NCBI RefSeq assembly: GCF_004010195.1
Contig: NC_057716.1
Coordinates: 9,984,259-10,048,258 of the forward strand
Direction of reading: 5' to 3'
Length of the DNA stretch: 64,000 nucleotides
Origin: Chiloscyllium plagiosum
Lineage: Eukaryota
The position numbers and the translations under genes were made by a program. Below are positions 1 to 12,244 of the stretch, piece after piece (the first letter of the stretch is position 1; every line of letters starts with the position of its first letter). A model generated the notes under the pieces. That model saw nothing but the letters and a program-made list of their open reading frames with translations. It did not search any database and was not told where the DNA came from.

Positions 1-274
1 GCGGCTGTGGGCGCCTCTGCTGCAGCTGGAGAGTGTGGGGGAGGGGTTCCTGCTTGCTGAGAGCCTCGGGCTCCTTTCCCTTTAGTCATTTTAACTTAGG
101 ATAAAGTTGCTTAAATGTAATGTTACACAACTAATTGAGTTACTAAACTATTAAAAATGATTTATAAATGATTTGGTGAGCTTGGTAGGGGGTAGGTGAC
201 CCACTGTGCCCAAGTCTTGGGAGGAGCACTATAGACTCAGTCTTACTGGGTCGCCGCCATCTTGGATCCCCCCC
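1..274 (-). mobile_element. 5' end of an L1-like LINE (G-rich start, YY1 motif, 5'UTR, beginning of ORF1), running off the window
   Basis: The minus strand begins GGGGGGGATCCAAGATGGCGGCG (YY1-type CAAGATGGCG at 255-264). An ATG at 89 opens MTKGKGARGSQQAGTPPPHSPAAAEAPTA, with no stop before position 1. Confidence 0.6.
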
Positions 275-751
275 ATCCCAACTATTTTTAACCATTGTTT
301 TATTATTGTTAAATCATGATCAGTGGAGATCATGAAAATATATTGTACTAAGCATGTGTTAATTATTTGCAATTGCACAATACTTAATATTATTTTTGTT
401 TCTTCCATCATAAGGTAAGCAAGCTTGTCAAAACCGTCTCTCAATCTCAACAGGAAAACTATTTTATATCCATGTTTAACATTAGACAATCCTACAAACA
501 CAATAATGTGCACCAATTATATCAATTCTTTTTGAGTATTTTTATATCTTATTTAATATTTAATACAATGTGGAGACAAGTAAATAAGGAGCATTCTAGA
601 TGTGGAATCTGCTGAATTGAGGCAGATTACCAGTATTAACAGTTCTTTTGCTCTTAACATCTGCTGTAGCTGACTCCCTCATGATCAGGAAAAACCCACA
701 ATGCATAAATATTATTCATTATTTAAAATGTTATTGCACAATCTCACTTAC

Positions 752-826
752 CCTGGCACAGGTCCACCCCTGTCAAGATTATAAATTTGTCTCGGGTTCA
801 GGAGATATTGAAATTTTCTGAGAACT
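752..826 (-). CDS. DGKG: Diacylglycerol kinase exon, catalytic domain: (R)[24 protein letters not shown](G)
   Basis: Acceptor ttttgcag, donor gtaagt, 75 nt, phase 2-2. In frame with the exon at 3082-3155. NLDxGGP is gamma-like. Confidence 0.9.
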
Positions 827-1199
827 CTGCAAAATATTATTATTTTCAATTTTCAGGAAACAAAGCATTTTGCATGCAAACTATAATCTATATTTCACAC
901 CAGATAGAATACCAATATTTTGCATATCACTTTTAACATAATAAAATTATCCCAAATCTCTTTAAAGGAGTGCAATGAAGCAATATTTAACACAGAGCCA
1001 CAAAGGAAATATTAGAGCAAATGGTCAAAAACCAAAGACAGAATCAAAAATAAGAAAAAAAAATGATAGGCAGAGAATTCAAGGGCAAGAATCAAAAAGG
1101 ACCATAATGCAAAATATTAAAAAGACAATACTGAAGATCTTGCGTATGGAGATTTCACAATATAGTGGACTAATTAGTTATGCAAATAAAAATAAATGG

Positions 1200-2300
1200 G
1201 TATGAAATAGTTGGGATGACAGAGATGTGGCTGCATCATAGTCAAGGTTGGAAACTTAACATCCAGCAGTACTCCGTTCTTAGGAAAGATGGACCAAGAG
1301 GAAAAGGAAGTGCGGGAGCATGTTGGTTAAAATAGTTAAGTAATGCAATAGTGAGCAAACAGAATCTGTATGGGAGAGCTTAGAAACATCAAGTCTCAGA
1401 AAACAATAATGGTGTTGCATATGGATGCTCAATCTGTAGTGGTATTCTTCACGAAGGCATTAAACTGGCAACTAGATATACAAGTAATAACAGTACTGCT
1501 GTAATTATGGCTAATTTGAATCTGCATTTGATTGGGCAAATCAAATCAGTAACAATACCATTGAGGTGTTGTTCCTGGAGTGTATATAGGATTGCTTTCT
1601 CAATCAACATATTGAGGACCAACTTGAGAACAGGCCATCCAAAATAGGGTATTATGAAATGGGAATGGAAACATTGGCAATATAGTTGTGAGAGACGTGT
1701 TGGGAAAAAGAGTGACCAAAATATGACAAGATTATTCATTAAGATGGAAATTGATGCTGTTGATTCTGGTGCTAGGGTCCTGAATCTAAGTAAAGGAAAC
1801 TCTGATAGTATGAGGCAGGACTTTGCAGTGATAAATTGGGGAATGCTACTTAAAGGAATGATGCTGGGCAATCATGGCAAACACAAACAACTGCAACAAT
1901 TGTTTATTCTAATCTGGCAGAAAAAAACAAATGGGAAAGATGGTCCAACTATGGAGAACAAGAGAACTTGGAATTAGTATTAGGTCAAAAACACAGCATT
2001 AGACCTGAGGATTGGGAACAGTTTAGATTTGAACAAAGGGATTGATTAAGAAAGGGAAAAATGGTATATGAGGGTAGCTTGAGGGGAAACAAACAAATTG
2101 ATTATAAAAGCTTTTGTAATACGTGAAGGCAAAACAATTAGTGAAGACAAATAAAGACAAATATAGTTTCCTTTCAGCAGGAAACCAGGAAAGTTATAAT
2201 GGAGAACAAAGAGGTAGAAGACTGATTCAACAAATACTTTGGTTCTGTCTTCACAAAAGAGACCACACAGAATGTCCTAACAGGGTATGTTTCAGATCAA
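1200..2300 (+). mobile_element. Decayed CR1-type LINE ORF2 fragment (AP endonuclease region)
   Basis: Degenerate reading resembling ETW..., MGDFNLHIDW (atggctaatttgaatctgcatttgattggg) and GKSDHNM (gggaaaaagagtgaccaaaatatg); many stops. Confidence 0.65.
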
Positions 2301-2312
2301 TCTGGTTTGAAA

Positions 2313-2960
2313 CAGAGAAACATAGAAAATGGGGGCAGGGGTAGGTCATTCAGCACCTTGAGCCTGCTCCACCATTCAGTGAGATCATGGCTGATCATCC
2401 AACTCAGTCCCTTGTTCCTGCTTTCTTCCCATAGCCTTTGATTCCTTTAGCCCTTAGAACTGTATCCAATTCCTTCTTGAAAACATTCAATGGTTTTGCC
2501 TCAACTGCTTTCCGTGGCAGAGAGTTTCACAGAACACCACTCTACCGGTGAAGAAATTTCTCATCTCAGACCTAAATGGCCTTCACCATATCCTCAGACT
2601 GTGAACTCTGGTTCTGGACTCCCCAGTCATCAGGAAAATCTGGCTTCATTTACCCTCACTTGTCTTGTTAGAATTTTGTTCGTTTCGATGAGATGCCTCC
2701 TCATTCTTCTAATCTGTTCACTGATCTAGTCTCTTCGTACATCAGTCCTGCCATTCCAGAAATCAGTCTGGTAAACGTTTCTTGCATTCCCATCACAGCC
2801 ATGATTTCCTTCCATTGATAAGGAGAACAAAACTGCACACAATACTCCAAGTGTAATCTCATCAAGATCCTGTACAATTGCAGTAATACATCCCCGCTCC
2901 TGTACTCAAATCCTCTATGGAGACCATTTGCCTTCTTGACTGCCTGCTACCCCTGCATGC
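2313..2960 (-). mobile_element. CR1-type LINE 3' end (RT C-terminus and 3'UTR)
   Basis: Starts with a (catagaaa)-like tail and ggtcattcagcaccttgagcctgctccaccattc. Contains caaaactgcacacaatactccaagtg, the reverse of the LEYCVQFW motif. Confidence 0.75.
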
Positions 2961-3081
2961 TATGTCTTTATTGCTTGCTTCTCTAATATTTCACTGGAGC
3001 CATCAGATATTAAGTACCACAAATAAAAAATACGTTACATGAATATTTCTTCTGATCTGATAATGTCATTTTCTCATTTAC

Positions 3082-3155
3082 CTTTCACCTTGTCTTCCAC
3101 CACTTTTCGGATTCACAAACACAAGAAGTGGATGTGTTCCAGGCACTGTTGTAAT
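3082..3155 (-). CDS. DGKG: Diacylglycerol kinase exon, start of the DAGKc domain: [24 protein letters not shown](R)
   Basis: Acceptor attttacag, donor gtaaat, 74 nt. Contains the hallmark NPKSGG motif; GGRQGER matches gamma (beta has GGKQGER). Confidence 0.93.
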
Positions 3156-4419
3156 CTGTAAAATAAATAACCTGATAAGTACAAACCATTGATACAAACA
3201 TGCATTGTATCAGTTTGTCAAGTAGGTACCAATTAACTCTAAAGTATATTTATATTTACTTCTGCAAAAATAATAATCTTTTATTATGATTAACCACCTC
3301 TGGTTACAGGGTCCATCCCAGTGCTCACTGAGTCATAGAAGATATTCTGCTCTTTGATCATAATCATAACCATACGCCACCACCATCAAAGCCATTGAAT
3401 CTAAATGCAATTGAAAGATTAAAAACACACTAAAACAAAGTTGTTGCGTGCACAGCATTCCCAAATTGTCAGAGGTAATTATGCAATATTTTCCATGGAT
3501 TTCCTAAACTATATTGTCAAAACGTAAGGGTGAACAACAAAGGATAATGAACTCAGTTCCTACTGAACACTAAATATGACTCAAGTACAAGCTGTAACAT
3601 AGCAAAACCTAACACTTGCAGCACAGAAACAGGCCATTTTGTCCGACAGTTGCAAACCAGTGTTTATGCTCATGAGCTCCTCCCACACTTCTGCATCTAA
3701 TCTCATCAGCAACCCTTCTATTATTCTGTCCTTCATGTGCTTATTTTGCATCTCCATACATGAATCAATGCTAGTTACCTCAATTACTTGGTGGTAAATT
3801 TTGCATTGCTACCACTCTCCTAGTGAAGAGGTTTCTCCTGAAATCCTGACTTTTTAAAAATTTGTGAACACTAGTTGCAGTCTCCACTTCAATTGGAATT
3901 ACATTCTCTATACGTTCTAGCCATTAGCCCTTTCATAATCTTAAAAATGTTGACCAGAAATACCTGCGCTGTGAGCCAACTTCTGCTCACATTTTGTCCT
4001 GTTTTGCTCTCTTGGAATATTCCATTTCCTAAATGCTTTCCTTCTTTTAATATAAGTAGATGCAATCCATTTATCAAGTTCAAATTGACCTTCTGTTATA
4101 GTTGAATAGACAATTCATTCAGATCAGGATTTTTATGCTGTAAATGTGATTAATTTATAAAATATCACCCCCTTTCTCAAAATAAATAACCTCATATCTT
4201 GTATTATGTCTTGACTTAACATCACCACCCACCATATTAGTCTCGCCCAGTAAATAGGTCATTTCAGTGTCATTACTTAGGAGTTGTGTGTGCAACCTTT
4301 AATGGCCTCTATTCCTATCATGACTTCTCTTTTGTAATTTACATGTTTGCAAAATACTTTACTAATAGCTAAGACCCTCAAAACCTTGTGATCAAATTAA
4401 GATTGTTATTGCGATAAAG

Positions 4420-6902
4420 AGGAAGCAGTGGCGTATTTGCATTATTGCCGAACTAGCTCTCTAGACACCCAACTAATGTTCTTGGGTTTGAATTCAGCCA
4501 AGGACAGGGCTGCATTTTGAATTCAATAAAAATCTGGAATTAAAAATCTAATGATGACCATGTTGATAATGACCATTGTTGGTTGTCGTAAAAACCCATC
4601 TAGTTTACTAATGTCTTTTAGTGAACAAAATAGCAATGAATCAAGACAGAATACTAGGCATAGAATATGGCATAGGAAACAATGTCAAACAGCTCTGTTG
4701 ACCCTGCAAGGTCCACCTCACTAACATCTAAGGGCTGGTGCCAAAATTGAAAAGTTGTCTCACAGACTAGTCATACTTGAATAGCTGACACACTGAAACA
4801 CACCTTACAGAATGCCCCAGATGAGACTGTCATCATTCCTTGGCATTCCTACCTGTAGGGCAGATCAGAGGTGGCAGCACGGTGCTTTACCTTGGGAGGA
4901 ACTTGCCTTGGGATTTCTGACTCCAGACCTCAAAGTCTCATGGTTTCATGCCAAACATGGGTATGGAAACCTCAAGACCTCCTGCCGATTACTAGCAACC
5001 CTGTGGCTGATGAATCAGTACTCCCTACATGCAGAACACTGCCTGATGGAAACACAAAAGTGCAGAATGTTCTCTGAGTGTACATCAGAACCACAGCTTA
5101 GATCTGTAGCTGGTGGTCAGGGAACCAACAAGAGGGGAAAAAATGTATCTGACCTCATACTCACCAATCTGCCTGCTGGGGATCCATTTATCCATGACAA
5201 TATCAGTAAGAATGACCACCGCAAAGACCTTGTGGAGACAAAAGTCCGGTCTTCACATTGAGAATACCCTTCCTAATGCTATGTATCATTATCAATGTGA
5301 TAAATGGGATAGACCAAACAGATCCAGCAATTCAAGACTGGTTTCCAGGAGGCTCCGTGGGCCACTGGCAATGGCAGAATTGTTCTTAAACACAATCTGA
5401 TGAAGAGTCATCCAGACTTGAAATATTAGCTTGCTTTCCCTCCATGGATGCTGCATGACTTGCTGTGATCTGCAGCATTTTTTGTTTCCAGTACAATCTG
5501 CAGCCACACGGCTCAGCATGTTTTCTACCCTACCATGACATTAAGCCAGGGGATCAAAAACAGCAACTGCCTGAGAAACTCAGTTGACCTGGCAACCTTT
5601 TCTTGATATCATGGTGAATGAGTAGAATTGGGTTAAGGCTGGTATCTAACAACCTAGTGAAGCTACAACACCATATTACTTGCATGCCAGACCGACTCCA
5701 CAGCCAGCAGATCAGGTCTAAGCTCTGCCGTCTTGCCACATCCAGACATGAATTCTGATGGACAATTAACCAACCTACTGGAGGAGGTGGCTGTACAAAC
5801 ATCCTCAATCTCATTATTAGGCAAAAGATAAAGCTGAAGTATTTGCACCAATTTTCAGCCAGAAGTACCAAGTTGATGATCCATCTTGGCCTCCTCCAGA
5901 GATTCCAAGCATTGTAGATACCAGCCTTCAGCCAATTAGATTCACTGTACGTGATATATGAAGGCAGTAAAAACTGCAAACACTGTGGGCCCTGACAACA
6001 TCCTGGCAATGATGTCATGTGTTGCAGAACTTGATGCTCTCCTAACCAAGCTGTTTCAATACACCTGCAGCACTGGAATCTAGATAACAGTGAGGAAACT
6101 TACCCAGTAAAATGCCTCAACTACTGGAACAGTCCATGTCTAAATATAGCAAGACCTGGACAATATCCTACTTGGCTCCACAAGTGTTAAGTAACATTGG
6201 TGCCACACAAGTGCCAGACAATGAGCATATCCAAAAAGAGTGAATCTAACCATTACCTCTTGACATTACCATCAATGACTTTTCCATTATCAACATCCTG
6301 GAGGTTAACACAGACCAGAACTAGACTAGCCATATAAATACGGAATTACAAGAGCAGGTCAGAAGCTCAGAAATTTGCAGTGAATAACTTATTTCCTGAC
6401 TCCCCAAAGCCTGTCTACCATAAGGCACAAGTCAGATGTTTGATGGAATACTTCGACAAGCATCTGAAGAAACTGAAACAATTTTACAGCATATAGGATA
6501 AAGTAGCCCAGCTTGACTACACCACATTGACATATATTTACTCCCTCCATTACTGACTACAAGATACCAGTAGAAATTCATCTGAGTTACTTAGACAGCA
6601 TCTTCCAAACCCAAGACCAGTATTATCTAGAAGGACAAGGGCATCAGATACACGGGAACACAACCAGCTGTAACGTCTATTCTAAGCCACTCACCATCCT
6701 GACTTAGAAATAAATTATTGGCCCTTCAATGTCTCTGATTAAAAATCCTGGAACTCCCTCACTAACATCATTGTGAGTCTGCCCACAATGGACTGTGATG
6801 GTTCAAGATGACAGGTACTGCCACCTTCAAGGGCAACTACTGATGAGAATTAAATGGCAGCCCAACCAATGATGTCCATGTCCTCATGAGTGAATTAAAA
6901 AT
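4420..6902 (+). mobile_element. Decayed CR1/L2-clade LINE with a tRNA-like/SINE-like 5' head, then APE and RT remnants and a 3' tail
   Basis: A-box-like TGGCGTATTTG (4429-4439) and B-box-like GGTTTGAATTC (~4485-4495). APE motifs appear in the ORF track (PTRGKNVSDLILTNLP, ISKNDH). The 3' tail caagggcaact...atgagtgaattaaaa recurs at 14410-14460 and 19380-19450. Confidence 0.7.
5397..5492 (+). mobile_element. ~95 bp PLE terminal fragment starting at a hammerhead motif, inserted in the LINE
   Basis: CTGATGA(5397-5403)-A-GAGTC-ATCCA-GACTT-GAAA-TATT. ACAATCTG occurs at 5392-5399 and 5493-5500. The body resembles the right arm of the element at 21181-21413. Confidence 0.7.
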
Positions 6903-8164
6903 GTTCTGATCATTACTTTATTTGCTTATTCTTTAACAAAAGCACAATTTCTCTTGCAGGAAAAGCAGGATAAAACCGTTCAAATGTACAAATGTCTAAG
7001 ATTATGAATACAAATCTTGTCAAATTTTACTTAGTGTTTTGTATATATTCATTGAATGTGGAAGTCTATTTAGGATTGATTTGCTCTCGAATTGTAAAGG
7101 CAAGTTTACATTGATCTATTGAGTACTATTTAAGGAATAGTTTATTTCCTTCAAATTTGCCTAAATTCTTTAGCATTTATCATCACAAAAAAACTTCCAA
7201 ATTCTTAACTACCAGCCTTAATCCACAACAAAGGCTTTGCTCAGGATTCCGGTTTTGCAACAACAGTATGTTCTTTTACCTTTTACTATTTTGTTCTTTA
7301 CCCCATCAGCATCAATGGCTGGCTTCCACAAATGCATCATGTGGTCTCATTCTCCAAGTGCCCTACAAACCTTTATTTGTTTTTGGAACTACCTGCCAAA
7401 TAAAGCCACACCAAAGCATACTCCTTAAACTGACTAAAGTAGTAGTGTGGATAGACAAAAATTATAGGTCAATATAGAATTTTCATAAGCTTTATTAATT
7501 TAATTCTGAAGTTTCTCACTGCCATCTTAATTACTTTTTGATTTGATTTCCAACTTTTTTTGTTATACTTTGTCATGCTCTCCTCCTTTCCTTCTGTGTA
7601 TGCTTTCTTTATTCTTCAGCTCATTTCTTTGTTCATCGGTGATATTTTATTATTGGCTACTTTGTTCTTGCTTTAGTGGGATTTTTTTCATGGACTTTGT
7701 TGATCAAGGTTTAAACTAGTTTAATTTTTAACTCATCAATGAATGTTTACAGTTTATTTTCACTATTCTATTCTGATCCAGCTTTGTTCAATTTAATACT
7801 TAAGTCTTTGTCATACTTATGTCCTTCTCAATCATTATCTTAAATGATTGCGTTATGATTGCTATGGTTTAGATTTACTACTGCTCTCTCATTTCTTTTG
7901 TTCATTTCCATTACTGGATGCAGTTATGCCCCCTTACATGCTAGGATTTTATATATTGGGTAACATAGGAATCTTGGTATTGATGTTGAGTTCCATTCCC
8001 TTTTGCTGCCTCTTTACTTTGGAACACACAAAATTTCTTATGCTTATTATACCACAAAATTCATTAATTTCACATGATTATTTACATATTTCTTCCTCCA
8101 TCACCTTTTGTCTATCAGCTGCCTTGGAGTACTGTAGAAAATTGTTGGGGCCAGTTTGTTAGAT

Positions 8165-8322
8165 ATATTCAGGGGGGAATTGGAAAAGGGATCAAGGGGT
8201 ATGAATAGAAAGTTGGAATGGGATACTGAAATTGCACGATCAACCATGATCATAGTAAATGGTTGTGCAGGCTCGAAGGGCTGAATAGCTTACTCCTGCA
8301 ATTTTTTTCTATGTTTCTATGT
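8165..8322 (+). mobile_element. CR1 3'UTR fragment
   Basis: gggatcaaggggtat...ggctcgaagggctgaatagcttactcctgc, ending in a (ttctatgt)n tail. Confidence 0.65.
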
Positions 8323-9366
8323 ACAACCTGCTTAGTATAATTGATATCTGATCTGTTATTTCAATTCATGCCAATTCAGTTTCCAACTATTCATTAGATA
8401 TGTTGCTTTTACCTTCTGCCATGATATTATCTTTATTTAGTACAATTACACCCAAACATTTTCAATTCCTTGTCCTTTCTGATTATGTTAATATCTGTAA
8501 TATTCAGCTGTCAGTCACGCTCTTCATCTGACATTGCCATTATTCCAGCACATTTGTTCTCTTTCTATGGATTATTGCTTCCAAGTCTCCCAAGTTACTT
8601 GGATACTGTACTAGCAATTTAATTCTGCCACAATTATTCATTTTATCAGGCATTTTATGTATCTGGTTTATAAATGCATTGGCTCTCTGGAGTATCACAT
8701 TATCCCTGCTTTCTATCTTGATTTAACCTTTACTCTCATCTTTTATTTCTTTCACCTTCAAACTTATTTGGTTTTTGCCTGGTGCTTTTAGCCAACGTGC
8801 AAACTGAACATCCTACTGACAGCTCTTTTCATCCTTTCTACTAGGAAACTAATTTCACACTTACTCAAGTGGAGCTCATGCGAAGGGTAAAATTGTTTCC
8901 TATCCAGTACAGTGCCAGTATTTCATGAAATGGCCATCTCCTTTCAGTTATAAACATAATCAAACCATCAGTGTAAAAGGAACATCACAGCCATAGTCCA
9001 AATTGCTCACGATATAAAACAATCATGTAAATGAACTGCAGTGTATAATGGTGGATAATAAATTTCCCTTGTGCCATTGAAAGTATTCCGTATATTTATT
9101 TGCAAATAGGATAAAGTATTGGAAATGGGTGAAAGTAGCAATAATAACCATATACATTTTCATTATTGTTACTTCCTTCTGTCCTACTGAAATTGGAAAC
9201 AAATCTAGATACCCTAAGAAGAGTAAAATAACATATTTGCAAAAATGTCACTTTGTAACTTGCATTAAATTAAATGGATTTTCACCTCTACATTGGAAAA
9301 ATTTTAAAAAGTAATTTCTTCATACTGCTTATTTGGGACAATACATTTGCAAGGTGTCAAAACTCT

Positions 9367-9770
9367 ACAGAATGTTCAGAGGAGATTTATCATGATGACA
9401 TAGGGATGTACAAGTTGCCAAAGTGGTGAGATCGGAGAAGTTGGGATTGTTTTCTATGGAGCAAAGCAGATTGAGGGGAGCCATGATAAATGAGGGGTTT
9501 TGACAGTGGAAGTGTGTCAGTAACCAGAGGCCATGGGTTAAAAAAGGCACCAGAGCTGGAGGCAATTTAGAATAAATATCTTCATTTTGAGGGGAGAGTA
9601 TGGTCAGGAGCACACTATCTGAAAGATCGGTAGAATGAGATCTCACTGGAACTTTTAAGAAAGTATTGAACATAAATTTAAACATGACCAATTCAGAAGT
9701 TTATAAGGAAAAAGCTGGGACGTAATTGGGATGTAAGCTGGCATATTGACCTCCTCTGTGCTGAAATGTT
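9367..9770 (+). mobile_element. Old CR1 3' fragment
   Basis: Similar to the VQRRF...EKLGLFS...RLRG region of other CR1 copies in the window. Confidence 0.55.
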
Positions 9771-10544
9771 TGGGACGCTATTCTATACTCATCAGGCAGG
9801 CATCAAATAAAACTTAAATATCTGCTAAAGCACACAAGATAACATATCTTCCAATTTTCATTCTCAAGAAATAATAGAATCGGAATGATTTGATTTGCTT
9901 TTTCCTGCCCACTTCCACTGCAGTCCCTATCAGGAATTTTAATTCTAACATTTATTCCCCCACCCAACCTCCCCCAACATCTCCAAGTAGTTTCTCAGCT
10001 TTGTTACTCTCAACAAAGAGGTTTCTTCTTCCCCTGCAGTTCAGGAACCATTATGTTCATAGAACAATTATGTAATTGCATCTATATTTATCACTAGGCA
10101 AATTACAAAAACAGCATTCAGGGATTGTAAAGTGCAAGTTACCATTGATGTCCACAATCACAATAAGCAACTACAAAGAACACATTAATTAACTTGTATT
10201 TACATGCTGCACTTCATTTCTTCAGGAAGTCCCAATTTACAACAAGATCAGTGTTGTTATATGATCAAAAAGGAACAAAGGCCAAAATTTAATAGAACAA
10301 AATATCAAATTTGTACTCCTAAAGGGAGGTAAAAGGTGCACAGGACACTGTTGATGAGATCAATGTATCATAGCAGCTTAAGGTGCCTATCCAAACTAGT
10401 GTAACAGCATTCAGAGTAATCCAAAATGGCAAATACTAGCTCAGGTACTCAAAACGACACAATAGATTACCTGCCAAGAATGAATGAAACTTGTACTTTG
10501 GTTTGGTGCAGTGTTTATGTCCTGCCTACAGCTTCTGAACTTTT

Positions 10545-11290
10545 CTTTCTACTCATTCATGGATGTGGGCATTACAGGCTAAGCCAGCATTAAGTGCTCA
10601 GCCCTAATCACCTTTAAGGAGGTGGTGATAGGTTGCCTTCTTGAACCACTGCAATCCACTTTGTGCAGGTTGTTAAGGAGAAACCTCCGGGTCTTTAGTC
10701 CATCAACACTACAGGAACAGCAAGAATATTCCATATCAAGGTGCTGAGTGGCCTGTAAAGGGAACTTGCAGATGGTGGTCTTCCCATGCACCTGCTGACT
10801 TTGTCTTTTGTGTTAAAGGCCATGGATTTAAAAGGATGCTGTCAGAGAGACTTCTTTGAGTTGCTGCGGTGCATATTTGTAGATAGTACACATTGCAACC
10901 ACTGTGTTAGTAGTGGAAGGAGTTAATGTTGAAGGTATTAGATGGGTACCAATCAAGCAGGCTACCTTGTCCTGAATGGTATTGAGCTCCTTGAATGTTG
11001 TTAAGGCTACACTTATCTAGTTAAATGCTGAATATTTTATTATACTCCTGACATGTGCATTGTAGATGATGGACAGGCTTTGTGGAGTCACGTGAGTATG
11101 GACAGGCTTTGTGGAGTCACGTGAGTTACTTGCTGCAGAATTCCCAGCCTCTGACCTGTCTGTGTCATTACAGTATTTATATGGCTTGTCTATTTCAGTT
11201 TTAGGGTTTAGAACTTGTAAGGAAGGAAAGAACAATTTGTATTCCTATGCGATGAACTACTTTGATCTGCCATTGTTGTACTGCAAATAA
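10545..11290 (-). mobile_element. 3' part of the same CR1/L2-clade LINE family as 4420-6902
   Basis: Reverse complement of the shared tail (attcatggatgtgggc...ccagcatt...gccctaatcacc). The ORF track gives TPQSLSIIYNAHVRSIIKY. Confidence 0.7.
11069..11126. repeat. Perfect 29 bp tandem duplication
   Basis: atggacaggctttgtggagtcacgtgagt occurs twice (11069-11097, 11098-11126). Confidence 0.95.
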
Positions 11291-11612
11291 TAAGACAGCT
11301 ACTGTATGCATAACAGGATCACCTTTATGGTATGGAGATACACAATCACGTTTTAGTAACTGGCTAAGTGATCGATCTTGGCCAAAGCAGTGGAAGAATT
11401 CCCAAATGTTCTTTAAATCATTGATCGTGATCCACCTAAACCAGCAGAAGTAGATTAATGTTCTGGAAGCAGTAATTTCAACAACGTAGTACACCACTCA
11501 TCTACATCGGAAAGCCAGCACAGGTTATATCCTAGGTGACCTTGATGCTACAATCTTCTGATGAAGAGGAATGAGTTTTTAAAATCTGAATCAAAACAGT
11601 AACAAACTTATT

Positions 11613-11984
11613 GATGATTTGGAGATGCTGGTGTTGGACTGGGGTGTACAAAGTTAAAAATAACACAACACCAGGTTATAGTCCAACAGGTTTATTTGGA
11701 AACACTAACTTTCGGAGCGTTGCTTTATCATGAGGTGATTGTCAAGGATAGGAGTGTAAGACAGAATTTAAAGCAAAAGTTTACAGTGTGATGTAACTGA
11801 AATTATATATTGAAAAAGACCCGGATTGTTTGTTCAGTCTTAACTTAATAAACTTTTGCTATAAATTCTATGTCTTACAATCTTATTCTTGACAATCACC
11901 TGATGAAGGAGCAAGCGCTCCAAAATCTTGTGCTTCCAAATAAACCTGTTGGACTATAACCTGGTGTTGTGTGATTTTAAACTT
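11613..11984. mobile_element. Fold-back PLE terminal element (family A) with degenerate hammerhead motifs in both arms
   Basis: Arms aagttaaaaataacacaacaccagg... and ...cctggtgttgtgtgattttaaactt. CTGATGA at 11900-11906. AAACTTATT at 11604-11612 and 11979-11987. Same family as 24665-24881. Confidence 0.85.
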
Positions 11985-12244
11985 ATTCATGCAATCAGTA
12001 AAATAACACATTGAAGAAAAGTAGAATGAGGAGCTAGTTCTAAACTTCTTTAAAAGGTTCTATAAGCCATGAGCAAATCATGAACATCCTGCAAGTGCAG
12101 GGAAAATGAATAACATCTATAGTCTTCTAACAGTTGTAATTCTACTATTTGTATTATGACAGTATAAGTCATATATTGAGCAAACTACCCAATATATTGC
12201 ATGCTGCCTTATGGATCACAGAATATGTGAGATGTCAATGTGAT

